Source: Silvanigrellaceae bacterium
GTDB taxonomy: Bacteria; Bdellovibrionota_B; Oligoflexia; Silvanigrellales; Silvanigrellaceae
Assembly: GCA_049423385.1 (NCBI GenBank)
Contig: JBMSQQ010000008.1
Location: forward strand, 1-52,266
Length of the DNA stretch: 52,266 nt
Reading direction: 5' to 3'
The notes under the pieces are model-generated. The model saw only the letters and a program-made list of their open reading frames with translations, had not been told where the DNA came from and searched no databases. Of the stretch, positions 23,360-33,202 are shown in pieces. Within the stretch, counting starts at the first letter, position 1; the number at the start of each line of letters is the position of its first letter. A program made the translations under genes and the position numbers.

Positions 23360-23986
23360 TCAAAATGCGCTGCAGGGTTCGTTCTTGGCAGCAAGTGCAG
23401 CCTTGCTGATTTCATTCAAAATGGTCGTCTGCACGGTGGAATTGAGAGGATTCACACAAGCCAGCTCATCGGGATTCTTGGCCAAAGGAATATTGAATTC
23501 GATGCTCACGTAAATTCTTTTGCCAAAAACGCCGTCACTGCTTCCGGATCCGGAGCCGCCCGAACCACTATATCCGCCAAACATGCTGCTCATGCTGCTT
23601 CCGTTGTTGACCGTGAACTTCATGGTTGGTGCTGCAACACTGCCGGGTCGGTATTCTTGCTGGCACAATCCAGTCGGGCAACGCAGATATCCCGCAGCAG
23701 CCGTTTTTTCGTTTTGCAGCTCGCAGAAATCACTGAGGCGCCGAGCAGAATCCAGCACGGCGTCCAGGGCCTGTGACGGACTCACGCCAGAGCAAGTCAG
23801 CGGAACATCAAATCGCGAACCATAGGTTTTTTGAAATTCAGACGCGAGTCTTCCCTGATGAGACAATTCACCAGGACCACAGCCCGACAGCGAAAAAATC
23901 ACCGACGCAGAAAAAGCAATAAAGAAGCTTGCTGGGACAGATTTCAGGTCGCTTTTGCCGGATTGCATCGACATACAAAACCCCAC
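23360..23986 (-). CDS. Hypothetical Cys-rich lipoprotein (paralog of the downstream gene); start uncertain
   Basis: FSLSG-C lipobox; VPLTC...FCELQNEK..AGYLRC..LC; internal Gly/Ser linker GGYSGSGGSGSGSSDG. Confidence 0.65.
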   Translation of the reverse strand: MGFCMSMQSGKSDLKSVPASFFIAFSASVIFSLSGCGPGELSHQGRLASEFQKTYGSRFDVPLTCSGVSPSQALDAVLDSARRLSDFCELQNEKTAAAGYLRCPTGLCQQEYRPGSVAAPTMKFTVNNGSSMSSMFGGYSGSGGSGSGSSDGVFGKRIYVSIEFNIPLAKNPDELACVNPLNSTVQTTILNEISKAALAAKNEPCSAF

Positions 23987-24220
23987 AGAAATTAGGACCC
24001 TGGGCCATGGAACCCCAATTTCTTACGCAATTGTAAGAGCAACGACAAGCCCAATTCAGGCGATTTTGAGAGTCAAGCAAAAAGCGTCAAAAGCACCGAC
24101 TCTGCCACCCTTCGGGTGCAAAGAATGTGACGGCGAATAAAGATTTCGGATGCCTGAGCAGATTGGAGCGTCTGAGTAAAGCTGATAAAGTACCAACAGA
24201 ATAACTCAGCGGAGACAGGC

Positions 24221-24565
24221 GTGAACCAAAGGTCCAGCAGTTGGGAACTCGAGCAAATCGAACAATCTCTGCGTGAACGCTTTCTTGAATGCACGCACGA
24301 ATCAAACCATTTTATTGTTCGGTTCATTGGCACTTCAGGAGAAATCGGACATCGGTGCCTGACCTTCAACATTGAGGTTTGTGAAGAGCAGTTCGCCAGC
24401 GAGAAAAAATTTCTTGAGAAATTTGTCGACGATTTGCGCTCCGATGGTTGGGATGTTGATGAACTTCGTCAGCCCCTTTCGGCGACCACGTCGTTCAATG
24501 CACGTCTTTGGGTGATGATTTACGAAGATTCCAACAAATCCATGGCATCGAGGGAACAAGCATGA
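24221..24565 (+). CDS. Hypothetical protein (114 aa)
   Basis: GTG with GGAG RBS; stop overlaps the next ATG (ATGA); globular composition. Confidence 0.55.
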   Translation: MNQRSSSWELEQIEQSLRERFLECTHESNHFIVRFIGTSGEIGHRCLTFNIEVCEEQFASEKKFLEKFVDDLRSDGWDVDELRQPLSATTSFNARLWVMIYEDSNKSMASREQA

Positions 24566-25191
24566 TGAAAACCAACAAACCGCCCCTCGTTTCCGGAGTC
24601 CAGGCCAAGCGACTCGCACTCACCTTTGCTGGCGTTGTGCTTGTAGGACAAGCCGGCTGCAAAAGCCGCTTTTTCTTTTTCGGGCAAGGCCCGCAAGCAG
24701 ACACAACGCCGAGCGCTTCAACACCGGACACGCGTTCAGGCCAGATCGCCATCGGCCAACAAGGCAACGAAAATGTTCAGGGCCAAACAACCCCATCCCA
24801 GCAGGCAGCGGGACAGTTGCCTCCGTACAAAGCCTTGCAGGGTGCAACAGAAAAAAAGGTCCAGTTTGGCAAGACAATCCAATTCGAAATCAACGGTCGA
24901 AAAGTCGACCTCACGTTCGTCAGCATCCTCGAAGATTCAAGATGCCCGAAGGATGTTGTTTGCATTTGGGAAGGTCAGGCTCGCCTGAAATTCAACTTGA
25001 GTATTCCATCGGCAAACCTCAGCAAGGTCGCAGAGGTGACGTTGCGCGCGGGGCATCCCGAAGCAGGACAAATCCTATTGGACGGTATCGGGGTCGAGAT
25101 TATCGCACTCAACCCCGATACAGCGACCAACACCTCGGCTGCTCAGAAGCTCTCGCCGGAAGCAACGTTGCTTGTGGGCAAAGCGCCCTGA
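24562..25191 (+). CDS. Hypothetical lipoprotein with EDSRCPxxVxCIWxG domain
   Basis: ATG 24562; VGQAG-C lipobox; Q/T-rich linker; SILEDSRCPKDVVCIWEGQA, a motif I recognise from uncharacterised bacterial lipoproteins. Confidence 0.7.
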   Translation: MMKTNKPPLVSGVQAKRLALTFAGVVLVGQAGCKSRFFFFGQGPQADTTPSASTPDTRSGQIAIGQQGNENVQGQTTPSQQAAGQLPPYKALQGATEKKVQFGKTIQFEINGRKVDLTFVSILEDSRCPKDVVCIWEGQARLKFNLSIPSANLSKVAEVTLRAGHPEAGQILLDGIGVEIIALNPDTATNTSAAQKLSPEATLLVGKAP

Positions 25192-28100
25192 GCCGCAGCC
25201 ATAATCATGTTCAATACAATCGCAGCAGGTGCGCGCGCTTCAGCCTTGAGGGCTTCGCATGCAGCCGTGTTCTGGAGATCATCTTCCAGCGCAGCACATG
25301 AATCACGCTTGAGCATCTCGTCGAGGGCCGTGGCCTGTTCGATGAGGAGCGATTGCGACGGGTGAAGCGGGTTTCCAACCGAAATAGCTGCCAAGGCCTG
25401 AATGGCACGCATCATGTCTTCAATCGAATATTGCCCTTTCACAAGCGCTGTGACCGTCTTGCGTGAACCCGGCGCCGGGCCATCGAGGACCACGTTTGGA
25501 ATCACCACAATCTGTGCCTGGTGATTGAACAAGGGCTTCTCGAGGGTGAGCTGGTATGGCTTGCCGTCGAGGGTTGCATCCGAGCTGTCCTTGCGCTGAC
25601 CATCGTAGAAATATTCAAACGACGAAGCCGTTCCCTTTGGCAATACAACCCTGCTTCCAAAATGCGACAGCAACACGTCTTGATAATTGAATGACATGCC
25701 TCTGTGACTCTGGTTTCCAATGACACCAAGGTAAGCGGAATCCGAGCCTTTGCTCTTTGCACGGCTTTGCAGAACGTTGGTCACAGCAATCATGTTCAAG
25801 TCCATCTCTTTGCGGACAAGTGCAGAGATCACTTCGCCGTAAGCAGGATTTGCAAAGTATGCTGGAGCAAGAGTCATTGCGCCGTAAGTCGCAATGGGCT
25901 CCACGCCGTGCTGCTTGGAGAATTCCTTGAGGAAGTTTTGCTGTGCACCAACGCCACGGAACGCGAGTTCCGAAGTCATGAGCAGCGCGTCCTTGCTGGC
26001 GATGTCGCTGGCTTCGGAAGCTCCCGATTGAGCGAGTCCCCAGAGCGCATTCACCTTCAAGAGTTCCTGCGCCATGGTGCTGACCAGCTGTGCGTATACG
26101 CCCGGCAAACGAGGATCGAGAATGGCATCCAGAGGATTCGCGTAACGCAATCTTTGGAGAATCAGGTTGATCCTGTGAATCAGGTACTCGTTGTAGTTCT
26201 TGCCAAAATCAAATCGCTGGCAATTGCCAAACGTCGAGACGTTTCGGTCTGTACAGAATGACGGACCCACCTTGAATTTCATGGCGTCGGTTGGCATTCC
26301 GTAGGCTGTGGCCAGGGCGACAACATCATAAGCGCCAAATGTTCCAAGTCCCACCGCTCCTTCCGGAGAGGTGAAGTCGCGCATGGCGCCAGAGGTCATT
26401 TCAATGCCGTAATCGTTGTAGTCCATGATCGAGTCGGTGCCCGCATCGATCTCCACTGGCTTTTTCGCATCTTCGGCAAACTGGGTTGGCGTCGTGGATG
26501 CTATGAAGTTGTGACGAAGTCCAAACACATGTCCCAGCTCGTGAACAACCACGGAACGCAGAAGAGCAAGTGCTCCGGCTTCGGGAGAGTTCACAAAGGG
26601 TGAATCGATGCGCGGTGCGCCGACTTCAGCCAGATTGATGTCTGCATTGGGCATGAGATTGCGCACGCAATCGAGCCTTGCATTCACCACATTGCGTCCA
26701 GACTTCAAAGACTTCGTCATCGAATCGGAGTCGCCCTTGGCCAACATTGTTTCCAGGGAGGCAACCCGCTCGCGGATGCGTTTTTTGAGATCGCCGTCTT
26801 CTTTCGTCAGCTTTGCGTAGGCTTGAGTGAGAGCTGCTCCATCTTGGTTTGCAGCCATGGCGGAAGATTCCGACATGTCCGAAGCCATTTCGGCAGGAGC
26901 CACCGTTCGACCGAGAATCGCGGAAGCATGATTTGCCAACGTCACGAGATCGCCCGTCCGGTTGGCACGATCGAATTCTGCCAACTTGGCATCCTTCACA
27001 ACCGGATCGTTTGCAGGTTGTGCTGCGCGGGATTTGAAAATTCCAATATTGCTGAGTGCAGCATCGCACTTGGCTTCCCAAAGAAAGCGGCTGACGGGTG
27101 ATGGCACACTGCCGGCAGGGCGATTGGGAAGCTTTGGTTCTTTGTCCTTCTGCCAGGTTCTTTGGAAGTAGCCTTTGCAGCCTTCCATTGCCCACATCGA
27201 ACCCGTGAGCATCACATCACCGGAAATGATTTCACCTGTGCGGGGATTCTCTGCCGCAGTTGCCCATGCTGAACCAAGGTTCAGTGAATCATCCCAGTAG
27301 ATCATGCTCACGCGTGGGTCGGCAGCGACAACACTTCCACCCAGCGCAAGGCCTTGAGTCCTGTTCAATTCCTCGAATTCATCCTGGGTGTAAACTTTGA
27401 TTGAAGGAGCAGGAACGTCCTTGGTTGCGAGACCGTCGAACAGCTCCTTGTAGGAAAGAACCGCAGATTTGAGAACAGGCACGACCGGAGCCGGAACATT
27501 GCGGCTCAAAACAAAGGTGATTTCTTTGTCGAGGTTGAATTTACGAACATAAGGCATCGCTGAACGCGCGCGTCCGCCGTTGGGTTCATACATGCCCTTG
27601 GTTGAAAAATAGGGAACGTCTTTGCCGTCAGTGAGGTCTTTTACTCCTCTTGCGCGCAAATCCTGTTGAGAGATGGCCAGCGGCAGTGCCTGCTTCATTT
27701 CGAAGGGATCGTTTGCCACTGGCAGCGGAAAAAAACCTTGCACCACGTGCACTGTTGGCCGAATTGGATCTTTTGACGGCTCAACTTCGGAATCTTCGTC
27801 GTCACCGAAAATAGAGGTGTTGCTGTTGATCAACACGAGTTGATCAATCACCAGATTGGCGTCTTCCTTGGTGAAGTACAAACCGTTGTTCATTGAACCC
27901 AAGACAGGTTTTGCAGCGTGGGCAATGCGCGGAACAACCACATCGGCGGACATCTGCAACGATGGTTCGCCTGCTCCGAACGCCGAGACGAGAAAACTCT
28001 TGTTTTCAGGACGGCTGAAGTCGACCTGATAGAAGTTTTCTGCGTTTCCTTGGGGTTGAACAGTGCGCACGACGGGATAAGAGCCGACAATCAAATCTTC

Positions 28101-28955
28101 CTGCGAAGAACCTGCATACAGTCCATCTCCGGCACGAATCACAACCAGTCGGTTGTTGTTGATTTCAAGTCGAACAATCATTGTCTCGAGATTGAAAACC
28201 CGGGTGCTTCCAACCGAACCCTGTTGCAGGGAAGTCGTCATCACATAGCGCCTGTCTTTCAGGAACGAATCCGCCAGGTAGGGCATATCGAGAGAGGCTT
28301 GCTGTGATGAAAGAATCTCAAGCGCACGCAAAGAATTGTCGACCGTTTTGACCAATCTCTGCAAAACGCTTTCCACATTTTTTGACTTTGAAAAGTAGGC
28401 AACCAGGGCACCCGAAGCCGACTGGGCAATGTCATTTGCTTCTGCATCCGTGAAGAACATCCGTCCGGAGACGTCATCCTTCAATCGCGACATGCCCGCC
28501 AACCAACGCTGCGCATCCGACTGGTTTTGGAGATTTCCCTCGATTGCCTCAAACAAAAGGCAGCTCAGGTAAGCCACAGACTTGTCGGGGCTGGAAACGC
28601 AGTGTGTTGGATTCGAACGTTGAACTCGCGACGTGATGTCCTTGGCAAAACTCACAGCCATCGCGCGCGACAGGCGCACTGTTTGCTGCTGTCCAACGTT
28701 TGAGCGGATTTCTGCTTTCTCGAACAAACTGCTGAAAATGGGCGTCAATGAATCCGAGATTTGAACCTCGAGTTCTTCGCTCAGGCTTTTTGATTGCACC
28801 GGCGTGACTGGAACTTCCGGCTGAACATAGCGGCCCGATGGCAGCTCCTGTGGAGAATCGGAACGACGTGTACACGCAGCCACAGCAAGAACAGATACCA
28901 AAGACAACAGGGCTGCTTTTGACTTCGTGAGCAGAGCCGGATGAGAAATTTTCAC
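25143..28955 (-). CDS. Large zinc-dependent metalloprotease lipoprotein (metzincin, DUF4953/EcxA-like)
   Basis: 1270 aa; LAVAA-C lipobox; ADPRVSMIYW, NPRTGEIISGDV, HELGHVFGLRHNF zinc motif, Met-turn SIMDY, GAYDVVALATAYG, FCTD. Confidence 0.85.
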   Translation of the reverse strand: MKISHPALLTKSKAALLSLVSVLAVAACTRRSDSPQELPSGRYVQPEVPVTPVQSKSLSEELEVQISDSLTPIFSSLFEKAEIRSNVGQQQTVRLSRAMAVSFAKDITSRVQRSNPTHCVSSPDKSVAYLSCLLFEAIEGNLQNQSDAQRWLAGMSRLKDDVSGRMFFTDAEANDIAQSASGALVAYFSKSKNVESVLQRLVKTVDNSLRALEILSSQQASLDMPYLADSFLKDRRYVMTTSLQQGSVGSTRVFNLETMIVRLEINNNRLVVIRAGDGLYAGSSQEDLIVGSYPVVRTVQPQGNAENFYQVDFSRPENKSFLVSAFGAGEPSLQMSADVVVPRIAHAAKPVLGSMNNGLYFTKEDANLVIDQLVLINSNTSIFGDDEDSEVEPSKDPIRPTVHVVQGFFPLPVANDPFEMKQALPLAISQQDLRARGVKDLTDGKDVPYFSTKGMYEPNGGRARSAMPYVRKFNLDKEITFVLSRNVPAPVVPVLKSAVLSYKELFDGLATKDVPAPSIKVYTQDEFEELNRTQGLALGGSVVAADPRVSMIYWDDSLNLGSAWATAAENPRTGEIISGDVMLTGSMWAMEGCKGYFQRTWQKDKEPKLPNRPAGSVPSPVSRFLWEAKCDAALSNIGIFKSRAAQPANDPVVKDAKLAEFDRANRTGDLVTLANHASAILGRTVAPAEMASDMSESSAMAANQDGAALTQAYAKLTKEDGDLKKRIRERVASLETMLAKGDSDSMTKSLKSGRNVVNARLDCVRNLMPNADINLAEVGAPRIDSPFVNSPEAGALALLRSVVVHELGHVFGLRHNFIASTTPTQFAEDAKKPVEIDAGTDSIMDYNDYGIEMTSGAMRDFTSPEGAVGLGTFGAYDVVALATAYGMPTDAMKFKVGPSFCTDRNVSTFGNCQRFDFGKNYNEYLIHRINLILQRLRYANPLDAILDPRLPGVYAQLVSTMAQELLKVNALWGLAQSGASEASDIASKDALLMTSELAFRGVGAQQNFLKEFSKQHGVEPIATYGAMTLAPAYFANPAYGEVISALVRKEMDLNMIAVTNVLQSRAKSKGSDSAYLGVIGNQSHRGMSFNYQDVLLSHFGSRVVLPKGTASSFEYFYDGQRKDSSDATLDGKPYQLTLEKPLFNHQAQIVVIPNVVLDGPAPGSRKTVTALVKGQYSIEDMMRAIQALAAISVGNPLHPSQSLLIEQATALDEMLKRDSCAALEDDLQNTAACEALKAEARAPAAIVLNMIMAAAQGALPTSNVASGESF

Positions 28956-29016
28956 GCCATGACCTCGCGAGTGTTTGGAGAACCAAAGGGGGGTTCAGTA
29001 GCAAGGAGCGCGGTCC

Positions 29017-29030
29017 ATTTCAATTGAAAT
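29017..29030. promoter_or_regulatory. Perfect 14-bp palindrome, candidate operator
   Basis: ATTTCAATTGAAAT in the divergent intergenic region, ~60 bp upstream of the protease start. Confidence 0.35.
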
Positions 29031-29233
29031 CTCGAAATCCTGAACCTTGTTTCACTAAAAAAAAAGCCGTGAATTTGGGATGTTGAAAAAATACCTGGGG
29101 CCGTTGCCCCAAGGCCCGGACGCGAAACCATCCTGCTCATAAAATCAGCAAAAAATGATTGCGGGGGTCGATTTCTTCACTTAGCAAAGCAGTTGTGCGC
29201 GTTTTTCGCACCCTAAAGAAGGAGAACTTGGGT

Positions 29234-29536
29234 ATGTCTTCATTCAGCAAGCTCTTCGGCGGCTCTGCAACCAAGCAGGTCCAACCAAGGTTCAGGACAG
29301 ACCTCCGGCCGAAATATCCCTCCATTGAGGATCTCATCGCCAAGGCTGAAAGCACGACTCTCAGCTGCAAACTTTCCGAACAAATCGATGTCAGTCGACT
29401 GTTCTACAAGGAAGTTGCATTGCGCGGGTTGAACAGCCGCCACTATTCGACCGACGATGCGAAGCGCATGGGAATCATCATCGACTATCTCGCGGAAAAC
29501 CGCAGACGCCAGTTGGCACCCGCAGACGCGATATAA
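29234..29536 (+). CDS. Hypothetical protein (100 aa)
   Basis: AAGGAG RBS before ATG 29234; followed by a terminator. Confidence 0.6.
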   Translation: MSSFSKLFGGSATKQVQPRFRTDLRPKYPSIEDLIAKAESTTLSCKLSEQIDVSRLFYKEVALRGLNSRHYSTDDAKRMGIIIDYLAENRRRQLAPADAI

Positions 29537-29560
29537 AATCCACTGCATCCTTGTTCATGA

Positions 29561-29604
29561 AAAAAAGCGCGGGCTGCGCAAAAAACAATGAGCCCGCGCT
29601 TTTT
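29561..29604. terminator. Bidirectional intrinsic terminator
   Basis: AAAAAAGCGCGGGCT...AGCCCGCGCTTTTT between convergent genes. Confidence 0.8.
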
Positions 29605-29609
29605 GATTT

Positions 29610-30656
29610 TCACTCGGAGTCTGCGGCATCCGGAATCAGGGCCAGTGTCATACCCTGCAAAGCCGAGGCGACCGCACGCCCGTTGGAATCGTAAATCAGC
29701 TGCGCAGATGCTGGAGCTTTTTGCTGCTTGAAACTCTTGAACCGGATGCCAATGTCAGCCCATGACACTTGCTTTCGAACAATCGTCATGCGCAATTGGC
29801 GAACATCGAATGGCACACGCGGCGCGAGGTCCTCGAGTATCTGCGCATAACTTGCAATGCGGAAAACGATCGAACCTGAAAGCGGCAACGCCTCGAAATA
29901 GACATCATGATCGACCCACAGCGCCACGTGCCTCAATTCAGCCGAAGATGACTTGTCTTGGAAAACCAACAAATCGCCAACGGAGAAGCCGCTGTTGCGC
30001 TCGCGCCTGCTCGCACTCACCGACTGGCTGAAAGATGGAATTTCACCGATCGTTTTAAACGATTGGCCATCAAGAAGCAGATTGTTCATATTGCTGTTGT
30101 CGTTCGACACGATCCTGATTTGATTGTCGTCCGAGACAAGCAGTGAAAACAGCGCATCTGCGGCGGTCAGGCTGATTGATGAATCGTTCAGGCGCAACTG
30201 GCGACGCACGGCCGCCTGTATGGCTGGTGAGAGCAAATCCGAAAGGGACTGCGCCGCAGGTGCCGATTGAAATTTGACCCGAGATTGCGAAACCTGGCTG
30301 TAGAGGGGAAGAATTTTTCGATAAACAGATTCCGCCGCGACAGACATTCCGATTGTCAGTGAACCGATGTTGTATCCGGGCGCATTTCCCTCTTCGCCAA
30401 AGCGTGCAGAACCAAAGAACAACTTGCCTGATTTTGTTTGAGTGTCGATTCCAAAGCTCTTGAGCAGGACGGGTTCAAGCGATGAGTCCGGATTCGAACG
30501 CACGGTGATGCTCTTGAGGTTGCCTTTTTCGCGATTTTTTTGCTGAACGCAGGCCATCGGAAGAAAGATCACGAAGCACGCGCACAGTCGAATCGACCGC
30601 GACATGGCGAATGATGGTGGCCCTTTTTTCGAATCCGGCCTCGATCGCAAGCTCAT
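29610..30656 (-). CDS. Hypothetical lipoprotein with NlpC/P60-like GDL...H motif
   Basis: 348 aa; FLPMA-C lipobox; VGDLLVF...LRHVALWVDHDVYFE; GAGG RBS, 15 bp after purH. Confidence 0.6.
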   Translation of the reverse strand: MSLRSRPDSKKGPPSFAMSRSIRLCACFVIFLPMACVQQKNREKGNLKSITVRSNPDSSLEPVLLKSFGIDTQTKSGKLFFGSARFGEEGNAPGYNIGSLTIGMSVAAESVYRKILPLYSQVSQSRVKFQSAPAAQSLSDLLSPAIQAAVRRQLRLNDSSISLTAADALFSLLVSDDNQIRIVSNDNSNMNNLLLDGQSFKTIGEIPSFSQSVSASRRERNSGFSVGDLLVFQDKSSSAELRHVALWVDHDVYFEALPLSGSIVFRIASYAQILEDLAPRVPFDVRQLRMTIVRKQVSWADIGIRFKSFKQQKAPASAQLIYDSNGRAVASALQGMTLALIPDAADSE

Positions 30657-30671
30657 GCGTGACCTCTAAGG

Positions 30672-32327
30672 TCAGTGTTTGAAATGCCTGAATCCCGTTA
30701 TCATCATTGCAATGCCGGCTTTGTTGCAGGCATCGATGACAGCAGCATCCTGCAAACTGCCTCCGGGCTGAATGATTGCCCGGATACCGGTATCCTTGAT
30801 CAGCTCGATGCTGTCTGGAAATGGAAAAAATGCATCCGATGCCAAAACCGCACCTTTCAGCGGAAGTCTCGCTTTTTTAAGGCAATATTCAACGGCATCC
30901 ACCCGATTGGTGAACCCCCCGCCCACTGCGATGGTCTGGTTGGCGTTGGCAATGACAATCGCATTCGAGCGCACATGCTTGACCACTGAATAAGCAAACC
31001 AACAGGCCGATTTGTCTGAAGGGGACGGTGTTGAAATGGTCGGAATGTGCAGTTTCTCGGGATCAAAAATGGTGTCGTCGGAGTCTTGCACCAAAAACCC
31101 GCCCTGCACCTGCGCCACCACCTGCTTGTTCATGAGCGGGAGCTGAGTGTTGAGCACCACAAGCCGAAGGTTTTTCTTGCTGCGCAAGGTTTCGAGCGCA
31201 TCGGGGTCAAATTCGGGAGCCACGACAACTTCAAGGAAAGTCTCGTGCATGGACAAAGCACATCCCAAATCAACCTTGCGGTTGAAAAGGACAACTCCAC
31301 CAAACGGACTCACTGGATCACCTTCAAACGCTCTCTTGTAAGCGTCCAGCGGGCTTGCACCCAATCCAACGCCGCAGGGAAGGTTGTGCTTGATGATGAC
31401 ACAGGCGGAGTCCCTGAACTCGGCAATAAGCCTGAGGCCGTGTTCCATATCCAAATAGTTGTTGTAGGAGAGTTCCTTGCCGTTGAGGCATTGCGCCTCG
31501 ACGAGTGAACAGCTTGGCCCCTGACGCACCAAACCCGACTCTGTCCTGTAGAGCGCTGCCTTTTGGTGTGGATTTTCGCCGTAGCGCAAGGGTTTCACCC
31601 GCTCCAACTCATAGGCAACCTGACTTTCAAGCAATTGCGCAGACAAGCTGGCCTGGCGCTGCACAGGACCTGGCCCAAGGCGAAGTCCGGTGATGCCATG
31701 CAACTTGTGTCGCAGTGCAATGGAAATCACTTCGTCATATGTCGCAGTCTCGCCAAGAGCCTTCAACGCCAACTCGACCCGCAATTGACCCGGCATGGAC
31801 CCCGCGTTTTTCTGAACGGACTCAATGAACAACTTGTAGTCCTGAGGATCGCAAAGCACGCCAACCCGGATGAAGTTCTTCGACGCAGCGCGCAAAAGGC
31901 TGACACCACCAATGTCGATGTTTTCGACCAGTTGACTCAGATCCTCGGTGCGACGGAGGGTTTCCTGAAAAGGATAAAGGTTGCAGACAACGACATCGAA
32001 TTTTTCAATTTTATGCTGCTCAAGATCCTGAGCATCGGAGTCCAAATTCGGACGCGCCAGGATGGCACCAAAAATCTTCGGATGAAGCGTTTTGACTCTT
32101 CCGCCAAGAATTTCCGGAAAGCCCGTGATTGACTCCACCGAGCGGACCGGAAAACCGAAGGACGTCAGTTGTTCAGCAGTGGAACCCGTGGCCGACAAGC
32201 TGCAGCCAATCGAAAGCAGAAACTGAGCCAACTCTCGCAAGCCAGACTTGTCGGAAACGCTCAAAAAAGCACTTTTGACTGGGACCTTGTCGAGCCATGT
32301 GGGTGATGAAACGTCCTGGGATTGCAT
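30672..32327 (-). CDS. purH: Bifunctional AICAR transformylase/IMP cyclohydrolase
   Basis: LSVSDKSGL, GGRVKTLHP, NLYPF, NIDIGG, LRYGENPHQ, GKELSYNN, ASDAFFPF, QPGGS, RHFKH; GAGGTG RBS before ATG 32327. Confidence 0.96.
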   Translation of the reverse strand: MQSQDVSSPTWLDKVPVKSAFLSVSDKSGLRELAQFLLSIGCSLSATGSTAEQLTSFGFPVRSVESITGFPEILGGRVKTLHPKIFGAILARPNLDSDAQDLEQHKIEKFDVVVCNLYPFQETLRRTEDLSQLVENIDIGGVSLLRAASKNFIRVGVLCDPQDYKLFIESVQKNAGSMPGQLRVELALKALGETATYDEVISIALRHKLHGITGLRLGPGPVQRQASLSAQLLESQVAYELERVKPLRYGENPHQKAALYRTESGLVRQGPSCSLVEAQCLNGKELSYNNYLDMEHGLRLIAEFRDSACVIIKHNLPCGVGLGASPLDAYKRAFEGDPVSPFGGVVLFNRKVDLGCALSMHETFLEVVVAPEFDPDALETLRSKKNLRLVVLNTQLPLMNKQVVAQVQGGFLVQDSDDTIFDPEKLHIPTISTPSPSDKSACWFAYSVVKHVRSNAIVIANANQTIAVGGGFTNRVDAVEYCLKKARLPLKGAVLASDAFFPFPDSIELIKDTGIRAIIQPGGSLQDAAVIDACNKAGIAMMITGFRHFKH

Positions 32328-32431
32328 TGCAGCACCTCTTTTGAGACTTCTATTCAATCAACGAATTTCAGTGCAGCCATACCACGCGCTCATGGCAAGC
32401 GAAACCAAACGCCAGACCCCGTGTGGGAAAA

Positions 32432-33202
32432 TCAATTTCTTTGCACAGAAAGTGCCTCGGAAAGCGTCAATCGTCCCGTTGCGAGGGCCTTGCCAACCAC
32501 GACACCCGTCACCCCAGGACAAGACGAAAGTGCGCGGATGTCATCCAGACCACTCACTCCACCACTGGCAATCACTTCCAGGCCACTCTCCAATGCCAGT
32601 TGTCTCGAGTTTTCGACCGCAGCGCCAAGCAGCATCCCATCGCGCTCCACTTCGGTGAACAGAACCCTCAACGCTCCGGCATTCTTCAAGCGGAGCGAAA
32701 AGGCGAGCGTGCTTTCATCGCTGGTCTGAGTCCAGCCCCGAATCGCGATTCTGCCAGAAAAACTGTCCACGCCAAGAACAAACCGTTCGGGCGCAGAACG
32801 AACGTGACTCATGACGAGGTCAAAATCCGTCACCACCCAGGTTCCCACAACCACTCGCTCAACACCCAGCGAGAGTGCACGTTCCACTGCTTCTGTGGAA
32901 CGAATGCCTCCGCCCAACTGAACCTTGAGACCACTGTGCCGGATGAGTTTGAGGATCAATTCCTCAGTGGCCCGGGCACCGGGATGAACATCCGGAGAAT
33001 CGCCGAATGCAGCATTCAGATTGACAACATGCACCCATTTGGCACCGGAATCAGAGTATTGGCGCAGTTGCGCAAGAGGATCCGGATGCACGATCTGCCC
33101 GCTTTCGCGTTGTCCACGCTGAAGACGCACGCTTTTTCCATCGAGCAGGTCGATTGCCGGAAAGATATCGAACGATGACTGCGAAACTGCTGGTTGAATC
33201 AT
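32432..33202 (-). CDS. hisA: ProFAR isomerase
   Basis: FPAIDLLDGKSVRLQRG, QLGGGIRS, TEVERDGML, IASGGV, GKAL. Confidence 0.93.
   Translation of the reverse strand: MIQPAVSQSSFDIFPAIDLLDGKSVRLQRGQRESGQIVHPDPLAQLRQYSDSGAKWVHVVNLNAAFGDSPDVHPGARATEELILKLIRHSGLKVQLGGGIRSTEAVERALSLGVERVVVGTWVVTDFDLVMSHVRSAPERFVLGVDSFSGRIAIRGWTQTSDESTLAFSLRLKNAGALRVLFTEVERDGMLLGAAVENSRQLALESGLEVIASGGVSGLDDIRALSSCPGVTGVVVGKALATGRLTLSEALSVQRN

Noticed and set aside
29000..29017. Possible sigma54 promoter (TGGAC...TTGC) upstream of the protease
   Set aside because: GG-GC spacing is 12, not the required 10.
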